From assembly GCF_000281045.1 (NCBI RefSeq), contig NW_008246082.1:480448-544447 (forward strand): a stretch of 64,000 nucleotides of DNA, read 5' to 3'. Under the pieces are notes generated by a model. That model was given only the letters and a program-made list of their open reading frames with translations. It was not told the origin of the DNA and did not search any database. Of the stretch, positions 24,786 through 35,166 are shown piece after piece (positions within the stretch are counted from its first letter, which is position 1; each line of letters starts with the position of its first letter). The translations under genes were made by a program, and so were the position numbers. The stretch comes from Saprolegnia diclina VS20 (taxonomy: Eukaryota).

Positions 24786-26810
24786 ATGCGTCTCGCCTTT
24801 GCTCTGTTTGCTGCCGCTGTCGTTGGTGCCTCCACGCCCACGTCCGATACGTGCCCTTCGATCCAGCGCGGGTACGACTACCCCGGCAACGACCTCGACA
24901 ACGTCCAGGTCTCGGGGTCGGACCAGGACAAGGCAGACGCCTGCTGCAAGGCTTGCACGAAAGAGATCAGCTGCGCTGGCTGGGTCATCAGCGGCAGCAA
25001 ATGCTACCTCAAGAACAAGCTGGTGGGCNNNNNNNNNNNNNNNNNNNNNNNNNNNNNNNNNNNNNNNNNNNNNNNNNNNNNNNNNNNNNNNNNNNNNNNN
25101 NNNNNNNNNNNNNNNNNNNNNNNNNNNNNNNNNNNNNNNNNNNNNNNNNNNNNNNNNNNNNNNNNNNNNNNNNNNNNNNNNNNNNNNNNNNNNNNNNNNN
25201 NNNNNNNNNNNNNNNNNNNNNNNNNNNNNNNNNNNNNNNNNNNNNNNNNNNNNNNNNNNNNNNNNNNNNNNNNNNNNNNNNNNNNNNNNNNNNNNNNNNN
25301 NNNNNNNNNNNNNNNNNNNNNNNNNNNNNNNNNNNNNNNNNNNNNNNNNNNNNNNNNNNNNNNNNNNNNNNNNNNNNNNNNNNNNNNNNNNNNNNNNNNN
25401 NNNNNNNNNNNNNNNNNNNNNNNNNNNNNNNNNNNNNNNNNNNNNNNNNNNNNNNNNNNNNNNNNNNNNNNNNNNNNNNNNNNNNNNNNNNNNNNNNNNN
25501 NNNNNNNNNNNNNNNNNNNNNNNNNNNNNNNNNNNNNNNNNNNNNNNNNNNNNNNNNNNNNNNNNNNNNNNNNNNNNNNNNNNNNNNNNNNNNNNNNNNN
25601 NNNNNNNNNNNNNNNNNNNNNNNNNNNNNNNNNNNNNNNNNNNNNNNNNNNNNNNNNNNNNGGCGCCCGCGCTCTCGTCGGGCACCTGCAGCAGCCTCGT
25701 CCAGGACGTCGACTTCAGCGGCAACGACATTACCGACTTTGGAGTGACCGGCAGCCCGCAAGAGGTGACCAACAAGTGCTGCGATGCGTGTTCCAAGACC
25801 GCCAACTGCGTCGGCTTTGTCACCCACGACGGCCGTTGCTGGTTGAAGAACAAATGGGTCCGCTCGGGGACGCNNNNNNNNNNNNNNNNNNNNNNNNNNN
25901 NNNNNNNNNNNNNNNNNNNNNNNNNNNNNNNNNNNNNNNNNNNNNNNNNNNNNNNNNNNNNNNNNNNNNNNNNNNNNNNNNNNNNNNNNNNNNNNNNNNN
26001 NNNNNNNNNNNNNNNNNNNNNNNNNNNNNNNNNNNNNNNNNNNNNNNNNNNNNNNNNNNNNNNNNNNNNNNNNNNNNNNNNNNNNNNNNNNNNNNNNNNN
26101 NNNNNNNNNNNNNNNNNNNNNNNNNNNNNNNNNNNNNNNNNNNNNNNNNNNNNNNNNNNNNNNNNNNNNNNNNNNNNNNNNNNNNNNNNNNNNNNNNNNN
26201 NNNNNNNNNNNNNNNNNNNNNNNNNNNNNNNNNNNNNNNNNNNNNNNNNNNNNNNNNNNNNNNNNNNNNNNNNNNNNNNNNNNNNNNNNNNNNNNNNNNN
26301 NNNNNNNNNNNNNNNNNNNNNNNNNNNNNNNNNNNNNNNNNNNNNNNNNNNNNNNNNNNNNNNNNNNNNNNNNNNNNNNNNNNNNNNNNNNNNNNNNNNN
26401 NNNNNNNNNNNNNNNNNNNNNNNNNNNNNNNNNNNNNNNNNNNNNNNNNNNNNNNNNNNNNNNNNNNNNNNNNNNNNNNNNNNNNNNNNNNNNNNNNNNN
26501 NNNNNNNNNNNNNNNNNNNNNNNTCGTGATTGATGATCCGCTTCCGACGTCCGACACTTGCTCGTCGATTGTGCGCGGCGTCGACTACCCTGGAAACGAC
26601 CTCAAGAGCATCACAGTGTCGGGATCGGACCAGGCGCAGACGTTTGCGTGTTGCGACGCGTGCGTCAAGACCCCGAGCTGCCTCGGCTTTGTGCTCCACG
26701 AAGGCAAGTGTTCGTTGAAATGGGTCTTGCGCGGCAAGACAGAGCTCAACGGCGCTCTTTCGGGCCAGTACACCGTGTCCAGACCCGGACGTCCCGCGTG
26801 CCTCGCCTAA
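24786..26810 (+). CDS. Secreted PAN/Apple-domain repeat protein (CBEL-like adhesin/lectin), interrupted by two gaps
   Basis: Signal peptide MRLAFALFAAAVVGA; three visible modules with C..(G/D)xD(Y/F)xGND...CCxxC...CxG(W/F)V..G.CxLK. Continuity across the N gaps is assumed; these could be separate tandem genes. Confidence 0.7.
   Translation: MRLAFALFAAAVVGASTPTSDTCPSIQRGYDYPGNDLDNVQVSGSDQDKADACCKACTKEISCAGWVISGSKCYLKNKLVGXXXXXXXXXXXXXXXXXXXXXXXXXXXXXXXXXXXXXXXXXXXXXXXXXXXXXXXXXXXXXXXXXXXXXXXXXXXXXXXXXXXXXXXXXXXXXXXXXXXXXXXXXXXXXXXXXXXXXXXXXXXXXXXXXXXXXXXXXXXXXXXXXXXXXXXXXXXXXXXXXXXXXXXXXXXXXXXXXXXXXXXXXXXXXXXXXXXXXXXXXXXXXXXXXXXGARALVGHLQQPRPGRRLQRQRHYRLWSDRQPARGDQQVLRCVFQDRQLRRLCHPRRPLLVEEQMGPLGDXXXXXXXXXXXXXXXXXXXXXXXXXXXXXXXXXXXXXXXXXXXXXXXXXXXXXXXXXXXXXXXXXXXXXXXXXXXXXXXXXXXXXXXXXXXXXXXXXXXXXXXXXXXXXXXXXXXXXXXXXXXXXXXXXXXXXXXXXXXXXXXXXXXXXXXXXXXXXXXXXXXXXXXXXXXXXXXXXXXXXXXXXXXXXXXXXXXXXXXXXXXXXXXXXXXXXXXXXXVIDDPLPTSDTCSSIVRGVDYPGNDLKSITVSGSDQAQTFACCDACVKTPSCLGFVLHEGKCSLKWVLRGKTELNGALSGQYTVSRPGRPACLA
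25029..25661. other. Assembly gap (N run)
   Basis: Run of N. Confidence 1.
25874..26523. other. Assembly gap (N run)
   Basis: Run of N. Confidence 1.
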
Positions 26811-26889
26811 CCCGTCGCGTCAACCTCGTGTGTCCGTTTGTCCAAGGGTCTCAATGTCCATCGCCGTGTCCATGACGCAGAGCTTGCAT

Positions 26890-29605
26890 AGTTATTACAT
26901 GTCGACACCAATAAGGTCTCTATCTGTTCTTCTTCTGTTGCGACGTGCAGACGGACCTAAAGTGCTCCATAACGCTATAACTCCATAGCACTGCGATGTG
27001 TCCGTTTGAAGAATACGACGTTTGCTTTTGGCAGCCGATCGACGCCCCTGACATGCAAGAGTGCGGCAGAGTCTACGAGATCAAACCAAGCTTGTATAGC
27101 ACTGTTCAGTCGACAACTAGAGAAACGTGCGTGTGCTCACAGGATCGGCGTAGTCGACCATCTCCGAGTTGGGCAGCGGCGCTTGCGTGTCATCAAAGAA
27201 ATTTGGGTCCGAACACTGTTTCTTGAGGGGCGGGGCCAGCGATACCTACGCACCTACTGACAGTATATGTCATTTCCGACAAATGTACCTTGTGACGCGG
27301 GGCGACAAAGCCCAGCGACTCGGACTCGTCGCCAAGAAAGTGATCGAACTGCGCGAGCGCGTTGTTTCCGCCAACGTCCTTCGTCACGCCGATGTCCATG
27401 GGGGCGTCCTCACTGGGGGTATTCCCACTGGGGGAGTTCCCACTGGGGGCGTGCTTGATGGGGGTCACCGCTGTCGCATCGTCCCGGCGTCGCTTGATCG
27501 GCAGCGCCTCGGGCACCGGCATGAGGCGTCCGTGGATCATCGATGTGACGAGCCAGTCGGCTTGGACAATGCGTAGTCTCCATTTCTGCGCCTTCTCGTA
27601 CTTGGGACCTACCCGGATCTGTATCAACTTGACAATATGTGGCAAGGTCTACCTTGCGGCGCGCTGCACAAGAGATGCGTGTTGCGCTGCGAGAGGCGCG
27701 GCGTCACGCGCGCACCTGCCAGCTGCAAAAGCGTCGCCAGCACAAGCCGCTCCATGTCCATATACATGGAAATGCTCGCGACCACGGACCTGGACAAAAA
27801 TCGTCCATTTTAAAAGACGAGTCGTAGTGTGACGTACTGAAAGCATTGAAGCGGCAGGTTTGGAAACACACTTTGCGTCGCGCTGGACGCGAGACTGAAG
27901 AGCGCATGGGCGCGGCGCGGGTAAAAGCGCTTCTCCTACTCGATCCGACTAAGTACTGAGTCGAGCGCAACTAATTGAGGGACCTCGAGGCAGCAGTGGA
28001 CCCAGAGCTCGGTCACGAGCTTGGCGTGCGGCATGGCATCTTTGAGCGACGCCAGCATCCCATCGGGCAGGACGGCGCCGTGGCACACGACGATGAACGC
28101 GATGCGCTTGAGGTCGTTGGCGTTCAGAATGCGCGGGTCGGTCGTGTTGATCTCCCGCGTGCGACCGCCGGCCGCAGCGATCGCCGTCTTGACAGCAGAC
28201 GCTGGTTTCTAGTATAAAAACGATGAGCAACGAACTTTGAGAGTTTGATATCACGCACATGCTCCATCGGCCACGTGCGCAGAAGCAAGCTCAGGATGCC
28301 GGTGAAAAGACCCTTGGGCGCTTCGTCAACCTTCTAAAACCTGCGTCACAACGCATAACCCCGCATGGAAGGTTGGTACCTGCACGGGGGGCGGGGTGGC
28401 TTTGGGCGGCGGCGACGGGCGCGCAACGGGGGGCGGTCGAAATACCTTGGGTGGCGGCGCGATAGGGACAAAAGCGCTCACGGGAAACTGCGCTTCGGGG
28501 CGACACTCGAACGCCAAGCACGACTCGATGAGCCACTTGGGCGAGACGACTTCGAGGCTGCTGTTGGTGTCGCTATAGTGACGCCAATTCCTACAGACGC
28601 ACCTCGCTTACGCGTTCCATCGCATGGTGTACGTACCCAAGTACGTCGGCGACGATGTGCGTGACGCTCGGGTTGTAGGCGTCGTAGCGCGTGCCCATGC
28701 CAAAGCGCACGAGCCACTTCATCTTGAGCAAAAGATCCTGGGAAAAGCCCGGCAGCCACAGGACGCAGCCATCCAAAAAGTCGCCTGGGTGCACATGTCA
28801 GCGCGAGACCTTCGAGAAGAACGTACCGCAGGGTTCGTCGCGAAGCAGCGCAATGCATTGCGTAAGCTCGTCGCTGAGCTTCATGCTGGTACTTGGTCCG
28901 TCGTCGAGAGGGACGTCGTCGTCGGCGAGAACGCGGTAGTTGTCTTCGTCGACCAGCGCCTTGGCCTCGACACAAGCCGCCATCCATTGCAGCGTCACGA
29001 CTGGAATACCATGTGCGATCGCTGCGTCGTACTTGGCGCCTCCTGCTTGCTATGCACAATGACTGCATGAGGCGGAGGGACGTAGGACAATCTCGGTACT
29101 TCGGCCAGCAGATGTGAGGTGGTTCCGAAGATGAGGTCGGTCTGGTACACGGCGCGATGCTCGTCGCAGAGCTGCTCGACCATCTCACGGTCTTCCATGT
29201 ATAGACCTATGCGAAAAAGCCCTGTGAATGGCGACGCAAGCGATGATGACGAATGCACCTGTGGTGCAAATACAGAGGCCTTCGAGAATGCCAAGCTCGT
29301 GCGCCGCCGTGGGCACGATAGAGCCTGCGCGCGAGCACTCGACGAGCCAATCGGGCTTGACAACGACTATGTTGGCGGCAACCGCAGCCTTGTACTTGTC
29401 GGATCCGACGCCCTTGGCGAGGAGGTGCGTGACGCCGACGTGGAGGTCGTCGTCCCAGCCCATGCCGAGCTCGTGCACGAGGCCCTGGGCGCCCGTGTTC
29501 TCCTCTGGCGTCAAGCCCGTACTGCATACGATGTACTACACATGATAGAACGTGAGGCGACGTCGGCGCCGACGTGACTGCCACCTCGGCGGCCGCGGGT
29601 GCCAT
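26890..29605 (-). CDS. Multi-BRCT protein, TopBP1/Rad4(Cut5)/Dpb11-like, many exons (3' end approximate)
   Basis: About five BRCT repeats: VCSTGL..VTHLLAKGVGSDKYKAA..VKPDWLVECS; LEGLCICTTGL..VTLQWMAACV; FLDGCVLWLPGF..VTHIV; LVTELWVHCCLE; GPKYEKAQKWRLRIVQADWL. Confidence 0.8.
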
Positions 29606-30417
29606 TGGAACGCGGGACGACCTTATCCGGCTCAACACAATCTCAGAGGTGAGAATGCATTTTTCCCCGGCAGTTACGACACGCAGATAAAGGCGATACC
29701 AGCTCGCCGTGGCCCACCGCCAGAGACAGCTTCTGCGACCCGATGCAATACCCTCAACGTTGCAGGAGGTGCCTTCGCGGAGCTGTGTACGGCAAGCTCC
29801 AAGGCTTGCGCGATGGAGCTTGCCCGATACGTCCATCTGACACGTTGATGCGCCAGTTTGCACTTGCAAGACGTCGCTAGCTACTCGCCAAAGACATGAC
29901 GTTGACGGAAGACGCAGCGAGGGCCAGGGACCCTGCGACAACGGTGCTCCGCGCTTTCCTCGAGCTTTTGTTGTCATCGCCACCGAGAAATTCTCGTATG
30001 GCATTGACGAGAAGGCGGCGATTCAGCTTCACGGCCCGTTTTCTGAGCCTTGAGTCATACTTCTCTGTCCAGACCGGTGGCGACGACCGCTCATCATGTC
30101 CACAGAGCTCCACTGAGCGTCGCTCGAATGTTTGTCGTCCCACGCTGTCTCACAAACATCGATTTTGAGGCAACCACATTGCAGCAAGCTGGCCGTCATG
30201 GGCATGAATAGCTGTTTTACTACACGGCAGATCCCATGCGCGTCGACGAAGAAGGCGCAAGAGAGAACACAGTATTGGTAGTGCAGCAGCGAGCGAGCGC
30301 TGTTCAAGGATCCGGATACACTGGGCTGTTACACGCGGGTATCCGGAAAGTCAGCGTCAAAAAATTGGGAACCAGGAGCGTGCACAGTTTTTTCGCCCGT
30401 GGTTCGACCGAGGACGC

Positions 30418-31789
30418 ATGCCGGGCATGAACGGGATCGAGATCAACATGGGCAGCCGCGCCTTCGAGGAAGCGTCCGAGTGCGCGGTCTGCGCCAAGAA
30501 CTTCCACGCCTTCCGCCGCAAGCACCGCTGCAAGGTACATGATCCATCCATCTCCATGGCCTCATTGGCGGTGCCAGAGCTGCGGCAAGGCCGTCTGCCG
30601 CGCCTGTGCGACTGCCCACAAGAAGGCGACGCATGGGCTCTTGGGCCATGGCGACGACGGGTCCCGCATTTGCGACATCTGCGTCCAGAACGAGCGCGCC
30701 GAGCAGTTGGAGCGCATGCGCATTGCCGAGGTCGAGCACGCGCGCGCCCGTCAGCAGGCCAACATGGAGCGCATGCAGCGCGAGCGCGACGAGGCCGAGC
30801 GTCTCGCGCAGCGTGAAGCGCACAGAAAAAAGGTACGCCAGAGAATGGCCATGGACAGTGCTCACGGAAAGGCGGCAGGTCGAAGCGTACAACGCGTTGG
30901 TCCGCAAGCACTTCGGCGACGCTTTGCCAACGGTCACGCGGCGGCGCAGCTTTGACCATATTTATCCGCCATCGGACATCACGGCGCTCCACCTGCAATG
31001 GCTCGAGTCGCTCGTCGAGCGGTCGACCGATATCGTTCTGTGCGTCGATCCTGAGCTCCTGTAAAGCTCACGATCTCATTCCATCCTAGGCTGCACGAGA
31101 AGCCCATGATCACACAACTCGAGTCGGTTATTGAGGAGTGCGCCATTTGCCTCGAGATCCTCGAGCCCGGCCATGCCATCTACACGACGGCGTGCGGTCA
31201 CTCGTTCCATTGGAGCTGCCTCAAGGAGATCAAGAGTTCCGAGTCGTCCAACTCGGACCAGTGCCCGTCGTGCAGGTACCTTGCAGCGTCAATATTAGTC
31301 GGCTGATGGACATCTTGCCTAGATCCAACATGAGCGAGGTCCAGATCAAGAAGGCCTGCGACCACCCGCGCGTTCGCGCAACACATTCGTTCTGCCGAGA
31401 CTGCGGCGAGCGCGTGACCACGGCCGACGTCAAGGCGCGCGCGGACGAGGCCAGCAATTCGGCGCCGACACCCAACCCTGCGCAAGCTGCGAACGGAGCT
31501 ACGTACCGCGCGGGGTCGCAAGGCGCCCTCGTGCAGTGCCCCCAGTGCCGCATCCAAATGCGCGTCTTGCCCCACATGTACAACATGTACGTAACTGTAT
31601 ATGTATCTTCGTCGTTAGCCGAGCATCATGTTGTACTGTAGGCGTGTTGCATGCCCATCGGGTCACATGTTTCAGGTGCAGGTCGCGCCGACGACGCAGT
31701 CGGCGAATCGGCCCATGGGCAATGCCCCGCGCAACCCGAACACCGGCTACCCCGGGGCCAGTTCAAGCTCGTATTTTTATCGATCATAG
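30418..31789 (+). CDS. FYVE domain, coiled coil, RING-H2 finger and C-terminal CxxC zinc ribbons; putative E3 ligase
   Basis: CAVCAKNFHAFRRKHRCK|SCGKAVCRAC..RICDIC (FYVE); CAICLE..ACGHSFHWSCL..CPSCR (RING-H2); CDH..FCRDCG; VQCPQC..RVACPSGH; TAG at 31787-31789. Confidence 0.85.
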
Positions 31790-31930
31790 CGCGGCAAGCG
31801 TCCACTCGGTGCAGGCAAGTGGAACCGTGCAGTCGAGTCCATGGCGCGCTCTGCGCCTTCATTCCTCGTATATCAGAGAATATAATTTGCTTAGGTTGAT
31901 ACGACCGTCGCCGTCTTGTCGTGCTTGCAG

Positions 31931-32464
31931 CTACTTGACGGTTTGCAGGATCTTGTCGGCTTCGGCCTTGAAGTCGCGGAGGCTCTTTTGCTTGGCCTTG
32001 TCGAACACTTGCGTGGTATCCTTGAAGATCTGGGTGTGTAGCTTTTGGACTTCCCTACACGGATATCGCCATGAGTCGCGTTCCAAGCACTCGAATAAAG
32101 CTGCCCACTCCATTTCGTCGGCAGCCACGTCAGCCAAGCGCTTCAATCGCTTGGTGCATTTCTCGTAGATGGCATTGTTGACCTGCTGGAAGAGCTCGAG
32201 CTTCTGGATCGTCTCCTCGATCTCGGCGTCGATGGACCGCAGGAGCTTCTCGTAGTTGCCTCGCATCGTCTTCTCGACCGAAGCCTTGTTGAGCTCGAGC
32301 ACACGACGCATCTCGTTGGCGCATGCTTGGACCTTGGGGTGCATGGGCGCCGTGGGCGCGGGCGCGGGGATGCTCCAGGCGCTGGTCGTCATGTCGATGG
32401 GGTTGGCGTAGCCGGCTTGAGTCATGACGACGGCAGGTTTCCGCTTTGGTGTTCGGGGGTGCAT
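31931..32464 (-). CDS. Hypothetical helical/coiled-coil protein (about 177 aa)
   Basis: Intronless ORF with GC3-rich codons and E/K/L-rich helical character; no recognised family. Confidence 0.65.
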   Translation of the reverse strand: MHPRTPKRKPAVVMTQAGYANPIDMTTSAWSIPAPAPTAPMHPKVQACANEMRRVLELNKASVEKTMRGNYEKLLRSIDAEIEETIQKLELFQQVNNAIYEKCTKRLKRLADVAADEMEWAALFECLERDSWRYPCREVQKLHTQIFKDTTQVFDKAKQKSLRDFKAEADKILQTVK

Positions 32465-32631
32465 CGCTCGGGGCTTGGGAGGACAATCGGGAACTGCCAC
32501 GCTTTGCGCGCGCGATCTTTAATCCGGATAAACATGAAACTGTCTGGGGAATACAACTTGATGTTTGTATGTTCATTGCGTTTTGTCCGGATAGCAAACG
32601 CTCACTCGAGAATTTGCGCGCGAAAGCAGAG

Positions 32632-35141
32632 ATGGACGCGCTCCATGGCGCCGAGGACGACGTCGAGAAGAAGCGCCACATGAAGAACCCATGGAAGGAG
32701 TCGTACCAGTCGCTTCTTGGCTCTTCCTTCGGACCTTCCAGCGACATGGCGCCGGCGCCGACCCAGGAGCGCCAGCGTTCCGTCGACCTGCAGCATGGTA
32801 ACCTCGCCGGCAAAGTGACATGCTACATGCACATTGTATCGTAGAGATCAGCAAGAGCTCGCTGAACGTGCATGTCCGATTGGGTCGGATGCAAGTATGG
32901 GAAGCTGGGAATGCGATCGTGCTTGCGTAGAGCTTTTGCAGCGCCAGATCGACGACTTGGCGAAGGCCAGCACGAATGTGCGAAGTCAACTTGCGTTGGA
33001 GAGCCATGTCTCACGCCAAGTAGATGGATTCCCTACTTGGCAAGAACCCGATGAAACGCGCCCCAAGAAGTAGTGCAGGTCAGCATGAGAGCGCCGCCGA
33101 GCAAGTCGAACCCGACGACGCCAGCTTGATCGATGCCCTCGCGGTCATGGTGGAGAGAATCCACACGCACCCCGACCTTGCGCGAGACGTGCAGCTAGCA
33201 TCGTGGCAACAAGCTCTGCACATTCCCAGAATCGATTGGGGACAATTCCAGGGCCTTGCTCTCGACGATGCCCAGTTCGATCGACCGAAGCCGTTTACCG
33301 ACTGCTTTAAGGAGGTTCCCGAGTCTCATGACGCGGGCAAAGAAGCTTTCTGTGCGCTGTGTATATGCATGTCGATCTTGTCTCATGGTTGCGTAGTCGT
33401 CAAGTGCTTGAAGAGCATCAAACCCTTTGTCATGGACGACTTTGTCCAGATCAACGACAGTCTCGACGACGGTATACTGCTTTATCGGAATAGCTTACCT
33501 GAATGACCAGGTCTAGATACGGTGAACGATCCAATGGGGTCGATAGAAATGGACTATGACATGCCCGACCCGCTCGACGCCGATGATGCAGAGCCTTTCG
33601 ACCTCGACGCACCAATGATTGATGAGCCTCAACCCTTCAGCGACCAAAATATGATAGATGACAACCAGCTGCCCAGGTTTATTCTCAATTGCTGAGCGAT
33701 GCTTTTCAACACAAACGTAGAGATGACGGCATCGAAGACATCTCGGACATTGAAGATTCACGACCACACATTGCACAAGCAGGACGTGCCAATGCACGCC
33801 CAGCAAGTTTGGCGTTTGAGCCAGCTCTCGAACAAAACAGCCCCTCGCAACCCCATACGGACGACGTCGGCTCAATTGAAGGACCAGGCGTGGACAATTC
33901 GTCGCTACAAGCAAAGATTCTCCAGGCATTCCAACGAGCCAAAGACGCTTCACAACGGAGACCAAAAGCGCTGAAGCACACAAAGCGGTACAGTGGCTCT
34001 GCGAGTATGACACAATGTCTAAAAATGACATGCGTAGGGCAACTCCAGAACAGGTTGTTTGCTCTCCAGTTCTATCCGCAGCTTATTTAGTTTTCGTGAT
34101 AGTTTCGAAAGCCACTACAGCACTTTTTCCCATCGGCAAAGGCCAACGCGTCAGCTATTACCAACCCCATCTTGCCGGCGCCAATTTGCCTTCCCAAGTC
34201 AATTCGCGATCTGCCAAGTACCGGCTTTGTCCTTGAAACAAGTGGCGGCCTTTCCCAACTGCAGTGCCAACTTTTGGCCCAGTTTCCGATTCCAGCAACA
34301 GTCCAAACGACGTGCACGTGTCCGTGGAGGCTTTGTGAAAGCACCGCGCATGGTACGTCTCTGCCCATTGGAAATCCAATCCATACCAATCTGTAGACAC
34401 CGAAGGCGACGTCGATATGGGAGGCGGCGACGCCAGCGAACATCTCTTACCGGTGATGCACCTCTACATGGCCGCAAAGACAGTATACATAGCGTTGTTG
34501 TGCAGGTCATGCCGGCTGAGGCTGAAGCTGAGCATCCGGTTCCGGTAAGTTTTGTAGGGTTATGAAGGTCGTCAAGCGAAAAGCCCGACTGTTGTAGAGT
34601 GTGGTCATGGTGGCGACACCGAGCGCGACTTCAGCTCGTCCTCGCTCCAGCAGCTCCAGTCTAATTGAACCCAGCTTGAAGCGATTGCGCACGGTGGCTC
34701 GACCTTCCCGTCCAATGTCGCTCAAGATGGTCATGGAATTGGTGACGACGGAAGTCGAGAAGTCTGCATCGACGACACAAACGAGGTACTTCCACTCGGT
34801 GCACACTGATGCTACTGGTTATCACACGCATCTGTAGTTTTCTGTCCAGTATATTGGAATCATTTGAAGGACAAGTCACGCCCCAGCGGTGCGTGACGAT
34901 GCTTATATCTTCAGATTTTGATCTCAGGTCCTCGCTAGGGCATTTGTCGCGCTTATCTTTCTGGCGTCACGCTCCAACGACAACGTACGGAGCCATAACA
35001 TGCTCGTCTCTGACTCGTTGTGAGCTTTAGCATCTCCATCTCAAGGTCACGAGCATGCGCAACTACTCGGACGTCAAAATTCAACTTGGCCATGACGAAG
35101 CCTCGGCAGTTACAGGTCGTTTTCCAGGGTATACCAATTAA
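32632..35141 (+). CDS. Hypothetical multi-exon protein with an acidic middle region and a possible kleisin-type C-terminal winged helix
   Basis: Exons joined by short GT-AG introns; Asp-rich tract (MDYDMPDPLDADDAEPFDLDAPMIDE). One splice solution ends VLARAFVALIFLASRSNDNHLHLKVTSMRNYSDVKIQL. The boundary with the next gene is uncertain. Confidence 0.45.
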
Positions 35142-35166
35142 AAAGGGAGTATTGGCTCGATGCACC

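Noticed and set aside
24300..26810. 836, 651 and 640 aa ORFs in the track
   Set aside because: Artefacts of reading through N gaps.
27411..27450. 15-bp tandem repeat (CCCACTGGGGG core) x3
   Set aside because: Coding micro-duplication (APSGNSPSGNTPSE) in a disordered tail; no spacers, not CRISPR-like.
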